IMG/VR virus record: IMGVR_UViG_3300019472_000035
Location: 4,696-68,695 of that record
DNA: 64,000 bases
Direction: 5' to 3' (one strand)
DNA from: a virus
Shown: positions 10,401 through 20,202 of the stretch, one piece after another
Layout: each line of letters opens with the position of its first letter
Numbering within the stretch: position 1 is the first letter of the stretch
Made by a program: the position numbers and the translations under genes
Notes under the pieces: generated by a model
The model's input: the letters and a program-made list of their open reading frames with translations, nothing else
Told to the model about the DNA's origin: nothing
The model's database searches: none

Positions 10401-12438
10401 TTACGCACGAGATGAACTCGGTGATGATAGCGGTGGCGGTAGTTCTAAAAAAGGTTCTAAGGGTTCTAAAGGTAAGACCGTAAAACCAGCAGATGTCGCA
10501 CCTATTTTAGATGCGGCAAACGAACAACTTGGAAAGCCATATGAACTAGGGGCGGATGGCACATGGGCAACAGACTGTGGAAAACTATTCGCCGATGCAG
10601 TTCGTGAGTCATTTAACGTAGATATGCCACGATACGTTCCTGACATTATGGCTAAAGCAAGAGCAGCTGGTGCATGGCATGATGAGGGTGACGGCTATGT
10701 CGCACGTGCTGGCGATGCAGTTGTTGTTCTCGGAGATAATCATGTTATTATTGCAGATGGTAAAGGTGGATATACAGGAGCAAACTCTAGTACAGGCGTT
10801 ATTGCAAAACCATCTATTACTGGAGATTTTGGTGCGATAACAGGCACAATTGATATGTCTAAAATGCTTGGATATGCAAGTGCTTCCGAATCAAAAAGAC
10901 AAAACTCTTTAGCGAAAAAAGCAGAAACACGTAGAAAGAAAGCCGAAGAATTAACTGAAAAGTTAAACGCTAAAATGGAAGAAATGGAAGCCGCCATGAT
11001 TCCGAAAGAGCAACAAGAGTTTACAAAAAGAACGGCTGAACTGCACAAGAAAATGACGGAACTTAATCGTCAACTGATTACTCTTGTCCAACTTGACCCA
11101 AAAGCAGATGTAAAAAAATATAAAGAAGTCATGGAAAAATACAATTCCATGATGGAACATCGTTTACAAGATGAACAACGTGATAAAAACTATGACGAAG
11201 CCACTCAAATGGCAAAAGACCGTCATGAGAGTGAAGACCTTGATATGGAAATCGCTGGTACATCTGAAAACTTTTGGACAAGAGATATTCGTAATGCACA
11301 ACGCTTGGTTGAACTGTATATCATCAAGGTAAAACAATACAACGACATGGTTGCAGCCTTTAAGCGTGGTGACTCACAATATACCGAAGCAGACATCCGT
11401 AAGGCTGGTATTGAACTTAAGAAATTACAAGTACAAATTAACAAGACTGGTAATGACTTAAACAAAAACATCCGTCAACAAACTCATGATGTATTCCATT
11501 CGATGATATTCGAGGGCAAGAAGTTTAAGGACGTTTGGAAAGACCTGTGGCGACAACTTGCGGAAGACACATTGAAAATGTTGTTTAAAATCGAAGATGG
11601 CAACGGTGGTTTAATCCAAAATCTGTTAAGGAAAACAGATAAGAAATACCAAAAGGGTATTAATCCACTCCAAGGACTTGTCAAAAAAGGTGGCGATGGT
11701 AACATTGGTGGTGTTGACGAAACATTGAACCAACAACTATTGGCTACACAAGCGACACAAAATCTTGATAAAAACTTTGAAACATTTTTGGCTAATACGC
11801 AAAACGGTACTGCATGGAATCAAGCGACATTTACCGATGCCGTAATCTATGGCAATGTCAATGGTGACAAAAACAGTATTGATTTACCAGAGGGTAACAA
11901 AGATTCCAAAGATAATAAAACCGATGTATCTAAGTATATTAATGCTGGCATAAAACTTGGTGGCTTAGGTAACAATAAGTGGTTGGGTGCATTGGGTACT
12001 GTTGCTGGGTTTGCACGACAGTTCGGTTTATTGAAATTCGCAAGCGGTGGTGCAGTCAATAAAGACCAATTGGTTCGTGTCGGTGAGGGCGATAAAAAAG
12101 AATGGATTATTCCAACCAACGATAAGAAACGTGGATTACAACTGTTGAATCAAGCTGCACGTGACCTTGGGGTTGGTGAAACCAAAGGCATTGAACCTAA
12201 TTGGAAAAATCCAAATACATCTACAGGGGCATTATCGGAACAAACCAAACGACAAGACCGAATGATGAATCAAATGGTCGCAAACACATCAGCTATGACT
12301 AAGGGGATGAACTATATGGCGAACAATGGTTCTACACATGAATCTATTGCACAACCTGTGTTTGTTAAACAAACGATTTCTGACCAAGACTTCTTGGCGA
12401 AGTACAACAAGTTGGTGGCACTTGGGAAAATGAAATAA
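7486..12438 (+). CDS. tail tape measure protein with embedded Cys/His peptidase-like (CHAP or NlpC/P60-like) domain
   Basis: 1650 aa mostly alpha-helical, coiled-coil ORF. Gly-rich linker GGGGGSTLPAITDSNTGGGTTG. Then GKPYELGADGTWATDCGKLF ... GDNHVIIADG, a Cys...His peptidase signature. Confidence 0.85.
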   Translation: MGNKKFGYDIKIDYSQATENTNRVTSSILQLQQAVERLKRNSDIQIKFTGLPRQLDSITTKTATLANALERTAQSGNLASKSFDGMSAKMQSLKKDGEALAKGLQDSANAIKKLESSNHSTLRDGNKAMTVGTQINQLKNQADVLYQAWKANNVGKEQYLQQMTAIQGKLNTLYGQQRRINKITEEHIPLLKQWGFELDKVGSRLGYFATRWAALWVGDKVMDSLSALPKVEQDMAGFAQVMKHGTGETNAFAHSLMQVDPSHMVNSLQLSGDEAEHFKTELGSMQVELQNLAIKYGTTSHEMIESAKLWGRAYKDNNTVLALTDAATKLAVADAFDIVSANKALESSIMQWGFQIKNSNDAMSVSSRIIDSWTSLAHNYTVSAQTLSEANKRMAQSAAEVGVSFHSAQALVAVMARKTQAEGGEIGNALKSIFGSIHSKKAIKALQDFGIEVYKVGENGERSFRKVDDVLLDLMIKAQGSKESMEDLLKAISGGKWQWNKADAMLDLKEYLEALRLSSSAMGFTNAQVGMQLDTIQTKIKQIAAQWEKMVTTNGNVSKTIKAGLDLAMGFLQLLNKIPSSTFVVLGGLMAVSYATSKLGITSKTVQTSISLGWNKLTAAVARYNFAVSATGSKTAGMKAAFAGAGGAIKGMGRAVQSATAFMGGWIGIILTLGTLLVDFVMNMDSASDAIKKDIQTQNELLQRQEEYYGRLSESQNVVSQYITALSGLKEKLLEVGQQTEEYTQIEAEIKTAKDGLIEILGEEQTAWVLSGDTIEEQNRRASQAVEEKKKEVRHQIAMTRAAVVEASKKLREMANEDIKSIQSEETPWKRRFEIIYHFLDLISAVQDAWNRLMRTMSEQGAQVAESTYAKAELDRSDLQSQYDYAVAHGETVSAFILKQRLDLAQTQAADARAEMYRIKENADYYNKQVEETNSKVVIAASKEALEGLGGGGGSTLPAITDSNTGGGTTGDYARDELGDDSGGGSSKKGSKGSKGKTVKPADVAPILDAANEQLGKPYELGADGTWATDCGKLFADAVRESFNVDMPRYVPDIMAKARAAGAWHDEGDGYVARAGDAVVVLGDNHVIIADGKGGYTGANSSTGVIAKPSITGDFGAITGTIDMSKMLGYASASESKRQNSLAKKAETRRKKAEELTEKLNAKMEEMEAAMIPKEQQEFTKRTAELHKKMTELNRQLITLVQLDPKADVKKYKEVMEKYNSMMEHRLQDEQRDKNYDEATQMAKDRHESEDLDMEIAGTSENFWTRDIRNAQRLVELYIIKVKQYNDMVAAFKRGDSQYTEADIRKAGIELKKLQVQINKTGNDLNKNIRQQTHDVFHSMIFEGKKFKDVWKDLWRQLAEDTLKMLFKIEDGNGGLIQNLLRKTDKKYQKGINPLQGLVKKGGDGNIGGVDETLNQQLLATQATQNLDKNFETFLANTQNGTAWNQATFTDAVIYGNVNGDKNSIDLPEGNKDSKDNKTDVSKYINAGIKLGGLGNNKWLGALGTVAGFARQFGLLKFASGGAVNKDQLVRVGEGDKKEWIIPTNDKKRGLQLLNQAARDLGVGETKGIEPNWKNPNTSTGALSEQTKRQDRMMNQMVANTSAMTKGMNYMANNGSTHESIAQPVFVKQTISDQDFLAKYNKLVALGKMK

Positions 12439-12513
12439 CACAACTTTTGTGTAATTTTTGACACTATATGTGAGGGGTGATAAACCCCTCGCATTATTAC
12501 TATGGGAGGTCAT

Positions 12514-12939
12514 ATGGAAGACATTACAAAATACTTGGGTCTGAAATACGGCTTTAATCATAAAAAGAATCAATATCATTGTGTCGATGTTTGCCGTATG
12601 TGGTATAAAGACCACGGATACAAACATTGTTTTGACGATGGAAAGAAAGACCCAACATCATGCGAAGATTTTCACAAAAATCATCAACTAAGGGTGTTGC
12701 GGTATTTATTGAAACACTTCGATAAGGTTCGTGATATTGATAAATTGCAACATGGCGATGTGATTGTATTCAACGTAGATGGCGACTTACATACTGGCGT
12801 ATATCTACAGAATGGACAAATACTTGCGATGCAAGTTCCATGTATTGAAAACGTATCACTATCTGCCGTATTCAAACGTAGCTATTGGCAACCATTGTTT
12901 TACTGTGGTTTCCATCAAGAACGCAGCGAAAGGAATTAA
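12514..12939 (+). CDS. NlpC/P60-family cell-wall peptidase (tail-associated)
   Basis: YHCVDVCRMWY (catalytic Cys context) and GDVIVFNVDGDLHTGVYL (His context). GGGAGG RBS before the ATG at 12514. Confidence 0.5.
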   Translation: MEDITKYLGLKYGFNHKKNQYHCVDVCRMWYKDHGYKHCFDDGKKDPTSCEDFHKNHQLRVLRYLLKHFDKVRDIDKLQHGDVIVFNVDGDLHTGVYLQNGQILAMQVPCIENVSLSAVFKRSYWQPLFYCGFHQERSERN

Positions 12940-12941
12940 CA

Positions 12942-13316
12942 ATGGCGACATATCCAAAGTTTCCATTGCCGTATATATTCGAGGTTGAAAAAGGTCTAAA
13001 GTTTGCCACACAAGAAGTCACATTTGAATCTGGCAAGAAACAAGTGCGACAACTTGCGGTAACACCAAAGAGAACTTGGTCAATTTCTTTACGAGGAACA
13101 ACAGACCAACAAAAGATATTTGAAGACTTTTGTGAATCCGTTGGTGGTAACACAAGACCATTCTTGTTTACCGATGAATATGGCAAGGAACAGTTATGCA
13201 GATTCGCAACCAACGAATTTAACATGAAAGTACTACGAGATTTTACAATTGAGAATGGTACTCATGGTAATGCCGTTGGATTTACTGCGAATGTACAAAT
13301 CGAAAAATTATTATAG
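12942..13316 (+). CDS. minor tail protein (GTA-like distal tail component, hypothetical)
   Basis: 124 aa ORF directly after TMP and the peptidase. The assignment is by synteny only. Confidence 0.3.
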   Translation: MATYPKFPLPYIFEVEKGLKFATQEVTFESGKKQVRQLAVTPKRTWSISLRGTTDQQKIFEDFCESVGGNTRPFLFTDEYGKEQLCRFATNEFNMKVLRDFTIENGTHGNAVGFTANVQIEKLL

Positions 13317-13325
13317 GGAGTATAC

Positions 13326-14147
13326 ATGATTAATTTACCTGTGGCGTTTCGAGAAGCACTAGAAAGTGGCTCGGTATTTGACATTGAGTTATACGAAGTT
13401 CACATACCGAATTTAACACTTTATTTATGCTCTTGCGATGTCAACATTCAATTCAATGGTCATACATACTTGGCATTGCCAATCAGACGTGGTGAGATTG
13501 ATAAAACGGTAGATAATTCGATTGACTCTTGTGAGTTACAGATTTCTAATGCAACTGATAAATTTACTCAATTATTATTTAAGGGTATTCCATTCACAGG
13601 CAGTCGAGTGTATATCTACCGAATTTTATACCCAGATTCATTAACCAACGCAAACATGATTAAACCTGTGTTTATGGGGCGTGTTGATGCACCAGAATTA
13701 ACAACAGATGGCATCTTCAAAGTAACGGTCACAACAGATGTTCCGAACGTGCGTGGCGGTCGTAGAACACAATATTCTTGTACATCTGTATTCGGTGATG
13801 AGTCATGTCAAGCACAAATCGAAACATTACAAACAACCGTTGATTCAATCACACAAGATGAACATGGTTTTCGTGTTGGTATCCGCAACCCAGCAGACCA
13901 AAAGACATTCACAAATGGTGTCTTAATTATTAGCGGTGAAGCACGTAAGATTGTTGACTTTAAAGATGCTGGTGCTGGTATTTACTTGGAATATCCATTA
14001 TTGCAATCACCAGATATTCTAATTGGTCAACAAGCGACAATCCAATCTGGATGCGACAAGACACCAACGGATTGTAAACGACATGGCAATCAAAAACGAT
14101 ATGCTGGGTTCTTATCTGTACCATTTGAATTTACGGTACGGACTTAA
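13326..14147 (+). CDS. distal tail/hub protein (hypothetical)
   Basis: 273 aa ORF between the minor tail gene and the giant host-specificity gene. The assignment is by synteny. Confidence 0.35.
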   Translation: MINLPVAFREALESGSVFDIELYEVHIPNLTLYLCSCDVNIQFNGHTYLALPIRRGEIDKTVDNSIDSCELQISNATDKFTQLLFKGIPFTGSRVYIYRILYPDSLTNANMIKPVFMGRVDAPELTTDGIFKVTVTTDVPNVRGGRRTQYSCTSVFGDESCQAQIETLQTTVDSITQDEHGFRVGIRNPADQKTFTNGVLIISGEARKIVDFKDAGAGIYLEYPLLQSPDILIGQQATIQSGCDKTPTDCKRHGNQKRYAGFLSVPFEFTVRT

Positions 14148-14184
14148 TTTTTACAGTGAAGCAAAGCGAACGAGGTATTAATAT

Positions 14185-17100
14185 ATGGGTAAAGGCGGTG
14201 GCAAGGGCGGTAAAGGTCGTGTAGCAAAATTCATTGGTCTTGCTGCTGGTATTGCCTTTGGTTTTGGTGGTGGTGCTTGGGGGTTCTTAAAAGCGGCATC
14301 TGTATTTAGTCGTGTAATGTACGGTTTATCCCTTGGTATGTCCATTGGTGGTTTATTCGATAAATCACCAAAGCAATCAACACCAGAATCAACATTCGAC
14401 TCTAAGAATAACCAAGTAACATCCGAGGGTACAATCCCAATTGTCTATGGACAAACTAAAGTTGGTGGTCTACAGACATTCCATAAAATGGACGTTGGTG
14501 GTAAACGCTTGGACAAAGACGTGGTTCTTTGCGAGGGTAAAATCCATGACATCTTCGGTGTTACTGCCAATGGTTATCTAACAAGCGTACAACGCTTGAA
14601 CGAAACAAAACAAACGAAAATACCTGTGTTTGGTATTCGTAATAATAAATATCCAGATGCGAAAATATCTGTTGAAACAGGCGTTGCGGAAAAACGTGGC
14701 TTTATGGGTCATAAACCAAACGCATCGCAACAATCAATCTATCAAGATAATGTAGACTATGGGTCATTTAACAAGTTCAAAAAGCTGAAATTGACTGCCA
14801 ATGGTAAAACTGTATATATCTTCTTAACAGATGATAATACAACGATTGACCTACAGTACTCATTGGCTTGTAATACGTTTGGTAAAATCTATCAAATCAT
14901 CTTGGGTGACACATACCTATCCGACTTACAAACCGATGGTTGGGAGTTGGTCAATCCAGTGATTTGTCAAAACTCTCCATCCTGTTTAGATACCTTTGGT
15001 GAATCTCCATGTTATAAACGAGATGTGTACTGTATGACGAACGGTAGTCAAGACGGTAGTAATTCTACGGTTTATACACACCTTGGTGGTAAAGACCAAG
15101 ATGCTCCAGACCAATACTTAACAACAGGCGGTTATCCGAATATGGCATACGTTCATGCGGATTTACGCTATTCGGAAAAAATGGGTGCTGGCAATCCAAC
15201 GGTGACTGCTATCGTGCAAGGTATGATTGTATACGATTGGCGTGATAAACAGTATAAATATTCTAAAAATCCTGTTGTATGTCTATATGACTACTTGACA
15301 AATAAAACATACGGTGCTGGTCGGTATGTTACATCAGATATTCTTGACATGGAATCGTTTACCGATGTGGCAAACTATTGTGACGAAGAAATCACATACA
15401 ATGACCCATACGGTGTCACAAAAACAGAACCAAGGTATCAGCTTGATATATGCTTGAACGAAACCAAAACACATCAAGAAAACATTCAATCAATCTTGAA
15501 CTCATTCCTTGGGTTCATTGTGTTTTCAAACAATTCAATCAAACTACGGTGTGAACGATTAGAACAACCTGTGTATGCGTTCAATGATGATAACATCGTG
15601 GAAGAAACCCTCAGTTATAAATCCGCATCTATTGACCAAAGTCCGAACAAGTTTAATTTAACGTACGTAGAACCAGCATTGGATTATACGGCGGTTAAAT
15701 TAATCGTTGAAGATGCCACAAATCAACTACCTCCGCCAATCGGCATTGGTAGACCTGTGGAACAAGATATTGATTTCAAGGGTGTTCGCAGACAAACTCA
15801 ATGTTTGCGACTTGGGAAGATTGCACGAGATATTATTCGTTTGTGTCCGATTACGGTAACATTCAAAACAGGTCTTATGGCTTCTCACTTGGAAGCTGGC
15901 GATATTGTAACAATCTCCAAAACATACATTGATGAAGACGGTGTTAAACAAGAGTTATTCACCAACCAACAAGCACGTATCACCGAAATAAAAGAAGAAG
16001 ACGGTACATTTGAAATTACCGCACGACAATACAATCCATCTATCTATGATGATACATTCGGTGCATCTTTAAAGGTATTCGGTACAGTTGGTAACGACAA
16101 ACCAATCAGATTAACACCAGCAACTGTTAAACCTGTTGAGAACATTCAATTCAATCAAATCTACCGTGGTAAAGTCGATGGCTTACCAACGTATGACATC
16201 GTGTTGTCCTTTGATGAACCAGACGACATAGAGTTCCGTTCTGCATCGGTTTACATTCAAACCGTACACAATGGTATGGCTGGTGAATGGAAGAACTATG
16301 GTGAATCCAAAGGTATCACAACTATTATGGGTCTTAAACGTGGCGACACAATCAACGCACGTATTATACCAAACGATTCCAAAGGTATTGAACATGAGGA
16401 ATCCATGTCTGCTCCATCGTATACTGTGGTTTCCAAGTTTGGTGCACCAGAGATGCCACAGAACTTACGACTTAAGGTTACAGACGAAGCACGTATCACA
16501 TGGGATATAATCAAGAATACCGATATAGACCATTATGAAATTTCAACCACTGGGTTCTTTAACAATGGTGCAGTTGTATCAGTTGACAATGAAGCACCGA
16601 TTACATTAACAATGCGTACTGGCAAGATTTATGTCCGTGGTGTAAACATTGATAATGTCGCTGGTCCAGCGAATTTTGTAACATACGATTATCCAGAATT
16701 AAATGTTCCTCAATTAAATTACATCAAATCACAATCTGGTGCGTTCCAAGTTGTTCTAAGGGATACACCAAAGACAAGTCCACCGATATTAAAAACCGTC
16801 TTTAGAGTCAACGATAAAGACTTTAGAACCGATACCAATGTGTTTACATATGTTGACGACCCAGCGGTATACAATGTGTCTTATGCATATGAAGATTACT
16901 TTGGTACTGGTGCGTTTTCTAATGGTCAGAGTGCGGTGATTAAACAGAATATCAATCAAGATTTAATCAATCGTGCAACCGCAGCAATCCAAAGTGTTGA
17001 ACAGATGCAAGCAAACATTGACACTATCAATACACGGATTCAAAATGCGGTCACAGAACAAATCCAAAATTCAATCGGTGGTGCAAAATTAGAAATCACC

Positions 17101-19188
17101 AAAGCAGCCGAAGCCATGAAACAACAAATCACGGATGCACAACACCATATGGAATCCACGATTACACAAACGGCAAACGCTTTGGATGCAAAAATTAAAG
17201 ACATTGACAACACAGTACAATCACGAGTAACACAGCTTGCAAGTACGATTGAGTCTTCTATTAAGTCTTTATCTGGTGATGAAATTCTAAGTAGAATCAA
17301 TCAATCAAGCGGTGGTACTCAAATTGACGGTAAATTGTTACACGTTACATCTGATTCCGTATTCGACAAAGGCGTTGTAGCGAAGAATATCGAAGCTGGC
17401 ACAATCAGTACTGACAAACTCATGAGTTCTATTCTTGACTTGCAAGAATCTGGTATGCAAATCAAGGGCGGTGGCGTTCGTATTGATGCCAGCGGTATCC
17501 GCATGAGTAATGAAAACGGTTCATTTACTGCATTAACCAAAGATGGCATCAAGTGGTATGACTCTAAAGGTGTTGCCTATAGTGCTATTCAACAAATGGT
17601 CTTTGGGATTGCAAACGATGGCGACCATATCGACTTGAATTGGGATTCAGAACCAATGGTGTTCGTTGTTCCCCAAAAGATGAACTTGGGTCAAAATATG
17701 AGTGCAGCTGACAATTATCTGCAAGGAACAATGGAAACCAAGGCAGTCAATGTGTCTAAAAAAGGCTTTGACATTCACGCACGTATCACCCAATATTGCA
17801 ACGGTGAGATGTACTATGGGGGTAGACCTTGGGGGAGAACAAATCTTGATAACTTTGCACCATCAAGATACTCAACAGGCACACTTACTAATCGAGTTTA
17901 CATCTATAGTGAAGCCGATACGTATGTTTCCATAGAGATACCAGAAGTTGGTGTTGACGTATGGACATCCCTAGGAAAACAATACGATAGCGTAAATGTC
18001 GAGGGTGCTGGATGGGAAAATCCACCAGAGAACTCCAAAAAGTGGTTATCACCAATGGCATCTGGCAAAGGCAAAACTGTTTTTACTGGAAGTGGTAGTG
18101 GTTCTACTTATAGTGGTCATTATGAGTTTCAACAATACAAACAATGGATGATTGACTATGAGAAGATACCAAGAAAAATCATCGCAATTCGTTTACGCAA
18201 GGGTCAAAACGTAATCGCTTGTTCAATTCCATCGTTTGCTATTACGCCAAGCAATCCTTGGTTTAAAATTGCGAACATACCATCGCTCCCAGAGGGAACA
18301 TACTTTGGTATTCGTTCTCCAGAGCCTGTACAATGGTTTGCCGTGAATGTGCCAAAAGAAAACTATTTTGTTGCATCACACGCAAACTATAAGACAACTA
18401 AGTTTACTGGTCGTGGAACATATACGTTTACACCGACTGGCAAACGATTTAAGATTACCATGATTGGTGCATCGGTTGCATCTAAGGGAGAAAGACCACA
18501 ATCTTCTGAAACACGAATCGTTGGTAATGGCATTGATTATAAAACATCTGGTTACGCAACCAATTTATCACTCAATAATCAACAACCGTATAAACAATCG
18601 TTCCATTCTGTGCATGAATCGTCAAAACATAACGAAAAAGGTTCTCTATACTTTATGGCTAATGCTTTCAAGGTCGGTACAGATTCCGTATCTACTTGGG
18701 GTGGCGATGGATTATCCATGCCTTGTTATGTCTTGGCTGGCAACAACGTGTCATTCTTTAATGCAAACTTTACCAATAGACGTAATCTACAAAACAATCC
18801 AACAGAGTTCTTACGTTTCCCAGACGGCAACTACCAAGGACGTGGCGATGTAAATGACGACACGAAAAACCTTGGTGTGTTTGGTGAACTCGTTGGTTGT
18901 CCATTGTTTACATTCACTGGTGGCGGTGGTGGTAATCCCGGCGGTTACGCTCGTGATATGTGGTGGAACATTGAATGGCAGATGGGGTTATCCAAAGCGG
19001 TCACATATAATGTCAACGTACCAACAGGTGTATCAAATTACACGATTACCATTGGTGCTTGTCCAGATGTTACCGTTGGTAAAGAAATCCATTTCCCATC
19101 TGGACCGTATGGTGACGATGGTGGCTATATTAGAATCACAAACACACAACCATTTGACGGTGCAGTATTTATTACGGAGGAATTGTAA
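14185..19188 (+). CDS. host specificity / central tail fibre protein (lambda J or GTA gp15-like)
   Basis: 1667 aa. Gly-rich hydrophobic N-terminus MGKGGGKGGKG...GFGGGAWGF. Long beta-rich body in the position of phage-tail host-specificity proteins. C-terminal Gly-rich TGGGGGNPGG. Confidence 0.55.
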   Translation: MGKGGGKGGKGRVAKFIGLAAGIAFGFGGGAWGFLKAASVFSRVMYGLSLGMSIGGLFDKSPKQSTPESTFDSKNNQVTSEGTIPIVYGQTKVGGLQTFHKMDVGGKRLDKDVVLCEGKIHDIFGVTANGYLTSVQRLNETKQTKIPVFGIRNNKYPDAKISVETGVAEKRGFMGHKPNASQQSIYQDNVDYGSFNKFKKLKLTANGKTVYIFLTDDNTTIDLQYSLACNTFGKIYQIILGDTYLSDLQTDGWELVNPVICQNSPSCLDTFGESPCYKRDVYCMTNGSQDGSNSTVYTHLGGKDQDAPDQYLTTGGYPNMAYVHADLRYSEKMGAGNPTVTAIVQGMIVYDWRDKQYKYSKNPVVCLYDYLTNKTYGAGRYVTSDILDMESFTDVANYCDEEITYNDPYGVTKTEPRYQLDICLNETKTHQENIQSILNSFLGFIVFSNNSIKLRCERLEQPVYAFNDDNIVEETLSYKSASIDQSPNKFNLTYVEPALDYTAVKLIVEDATNQLPPPIGIGRPVEQDIDFKGVRRQTQCLRLGKIARDIIRLCPITVTFKTGLMASHLEAGDIVTISKTYIDEDGVKQELFTNQQARITEIKEEDGTFEITARQYNPSIYDDTFGASLKVFGTVGNDKPIRLTPATVKPVENIQFNQIYRGKVDGLPTYDIVLSFDEPDDIEFRSASVYIQTVHNGMAGEWKNYGESKGITTIMGLKRGDTINARIIPNDSKGIEHEESMSAPSYTVVSKFGAPEMPQNLRLKVTDEARITWDIIKNTDIDHYEISTTGFFNNGAVVSVDNEAPITLTMRTGKIYVRGVNIDNVAGPANFVTYDYPELNVPQLNYIKSQSGAFQVVLRDTPKTSPPILKTVFRVNDKDFRTDTNVFTYVDDPAVYNVSYAYEDYFGTGAFSNGQSAVIKQNINQDLINRATAAIQSVEQMQANIDTINTRIQNAVTEQIQNSIGGAKLEITKAAEAMKQQITDAQHHMESTITQTANALDAKIKDIDNTVQSRVTQLASTIESSIKSLSGDEILSRINQSSGGTQIDGKLLHVTSDSVFDKGVVAKNIEAGTISTDKLMSSILDLQESGMQIKGGGVRIDASGIRMSNENGSFTALTKDGIKWYDSKGVAYSAIQQMVFGIANDGDHIDLNWDSEPMVFVVPQKMNLGQNMSAADNYLQGTMETKAVNVSKKGFDIHARITQYCNGEMYYGGRPWGRTNLDNFAPSRYSTGTLTNRVYIYSEADTYVSIEIPEVGVDVWTSLGKQYDSVNVEGAGWENPPENSKKWLSPMASGKGKTVFTGSGSGSTYSGHYEFQQYKQWMIDYEKIPRKIIAIRLRKGQNVIACSIPSFAITPSNPWFKIANIPSLPEGTYFGIRSPEPVQWFAVNVPKENYFVASHANYKTTKFTGRGTYTFTPTGKRFKITMIGASVASKGERPQSSETRIVGNGIDYKTSGYATNLSLNNQQPYKQSFHSVHESSKHNEKGSLYFMANAFKVGTDSVSTWGGDGLSMPCYVLAGNNVSFFNANFTNRRNLQNNPTEFLRFPDGNYQGRGDVNDDTKNLGVFGELVGCPLFTFTGGGGGNPGGYARDMWWNIEWQMGLSKAVTYNVNVPTGVSNYTITIGACPDVTVGKEIHFPSGPYGDDGGYIRITNTQPFDGAVFITEEL

Positions 19189-19838
19189 TGTATTATAACG
19201 TATCGTTCATGGGGCAAGACCCCATGAATTTTTATGTTTCCGCTATAGAAACAGACGAAACCGTATCATACGAAACATACCAATTGTATATGTCTGGCAA
19301 TTACATCAAGGGTAACGACGGAGAACCAAAACCAAAAGAACAAACAAATGTTCAATCAACCTCTGGTGCAACAGATGCGGTCATTCAAGAAGATACAACG
19401 CCTGTATTGCCAGATTTACCAAACCTTGACCCATACGTTGCGTTAAACAATAAAATCAAAAAGTTGCGTAAACAGATGGAAGACACACAAACATCAACCG
19501 ATAACATTTATCGTGTAGCACATGGAGATTTCATTCCAATTCCAAGTGGTAAAAACCCAAGTGATTTTGTGTATGAAATCTTAAGCGTTCAAGTATCTGG
19601 TGATACATTTAATTCTCCAAATGTTGGTATGATTATACAACCTCCAGAACATCCGTTCTACCGAGATGCCAATATCACAATCGGCATTGTAAACACAAAT
19701 CAGTCATATGTTTCAAACAACGTAACAGACCCAACAAAACATATCACAGGTTGGTTGACCGTTAAAGTCAACGAGAAAACAAATGTTCCGCAAGATACGG
19801 ATGGTCAACCACTTGTGCCAATACAACCATCTCTATAG
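19188..19838 (+). CDS. tail-associated protein (hypothetical)
   Basis: 216 aa ORF. Its ATG overlaps the TAA stop of the upstream gene. Confidence 0.3.
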   Translation: MYYNVSFMGQDPMNFYVSAIETDETVSYETYQLYMSGNYIKGNDGEPKPKEQTNVQSTSGATDAVIQEDTTPVLPDLPNLDPYVALNNKIKKLRKQMEDTQTSTDNIYRVAHGDFIPIPSGKNPSDFVYEILSVQVSGDTFNSPNVGMIIQPPEHPFYRDANITIGIVNTNQSYVSNNVTDPTKHITGWLTVKVNEKTNVPQDTDGQPLVPIQPSL

Positions 19839-19853
19839 AAAGGAGGTATACCA

Positions 19854-20177
19854 ATGAAAGATTGGATTCGTGTTGAAGACGAGATTATGCACGTTGGAGC
19901 AGATTGGAATCGGTTGTATTCCGTTGATGAATCAATTGATTTAACCGATGCAACTGCCGTGTGTAAAATCCGTGATTTGAAAGATAATGTTTTACTACAG
20001 GCAACGTGTACTGTGTATGAACACGGCGTAGTCGTATGGTTTCCATATGAAGATACATTAACACTTAATCGTCAAATCAAGAGGGGCAAATACGATGTTT
20101 TCATTCAAAAAGATTCTAAATCGTGGAAACTTGTCATGGGTGAAATCGAAATTATCCACGACATTTCCATGCATTAA
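19854..20177 (+). CDS. hypothetical protein
   Basis: 107 aa ORF with AAAGGAGG RBS. Confidence 0.3.
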   Translation: MKDWIRVEDEIMHVGADWNRLYSVDESIDLTDATAVCKIRDLKDNVLLQATCTVYEHGVVVWFPYEDTLTLNRQIKRGKYDVFIQKDSKSWKLVMGEIEIIHDISMH

Positions 20178-20202
20178 TTTTAAACCAAAGGAGCATACAA
20201 TC

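Noticed and set aside
7704-11705. Multiple 60-130 aa minus-strand ORFs inside the tape measure gene
   Set aside because: All are antisense to a continuous, strongly coding 1650-codon ORF. None has a start context. They are typical of long A/G-rich coding regions.
12289-12627. 112-aa minus-strand ORF spanning the TMP 3' end and the NlpC/P60 5' end
   Set aside because: It is antisense to two well-supported genes, straddles an intergenic hairpin and has no RBS. It is spurious.
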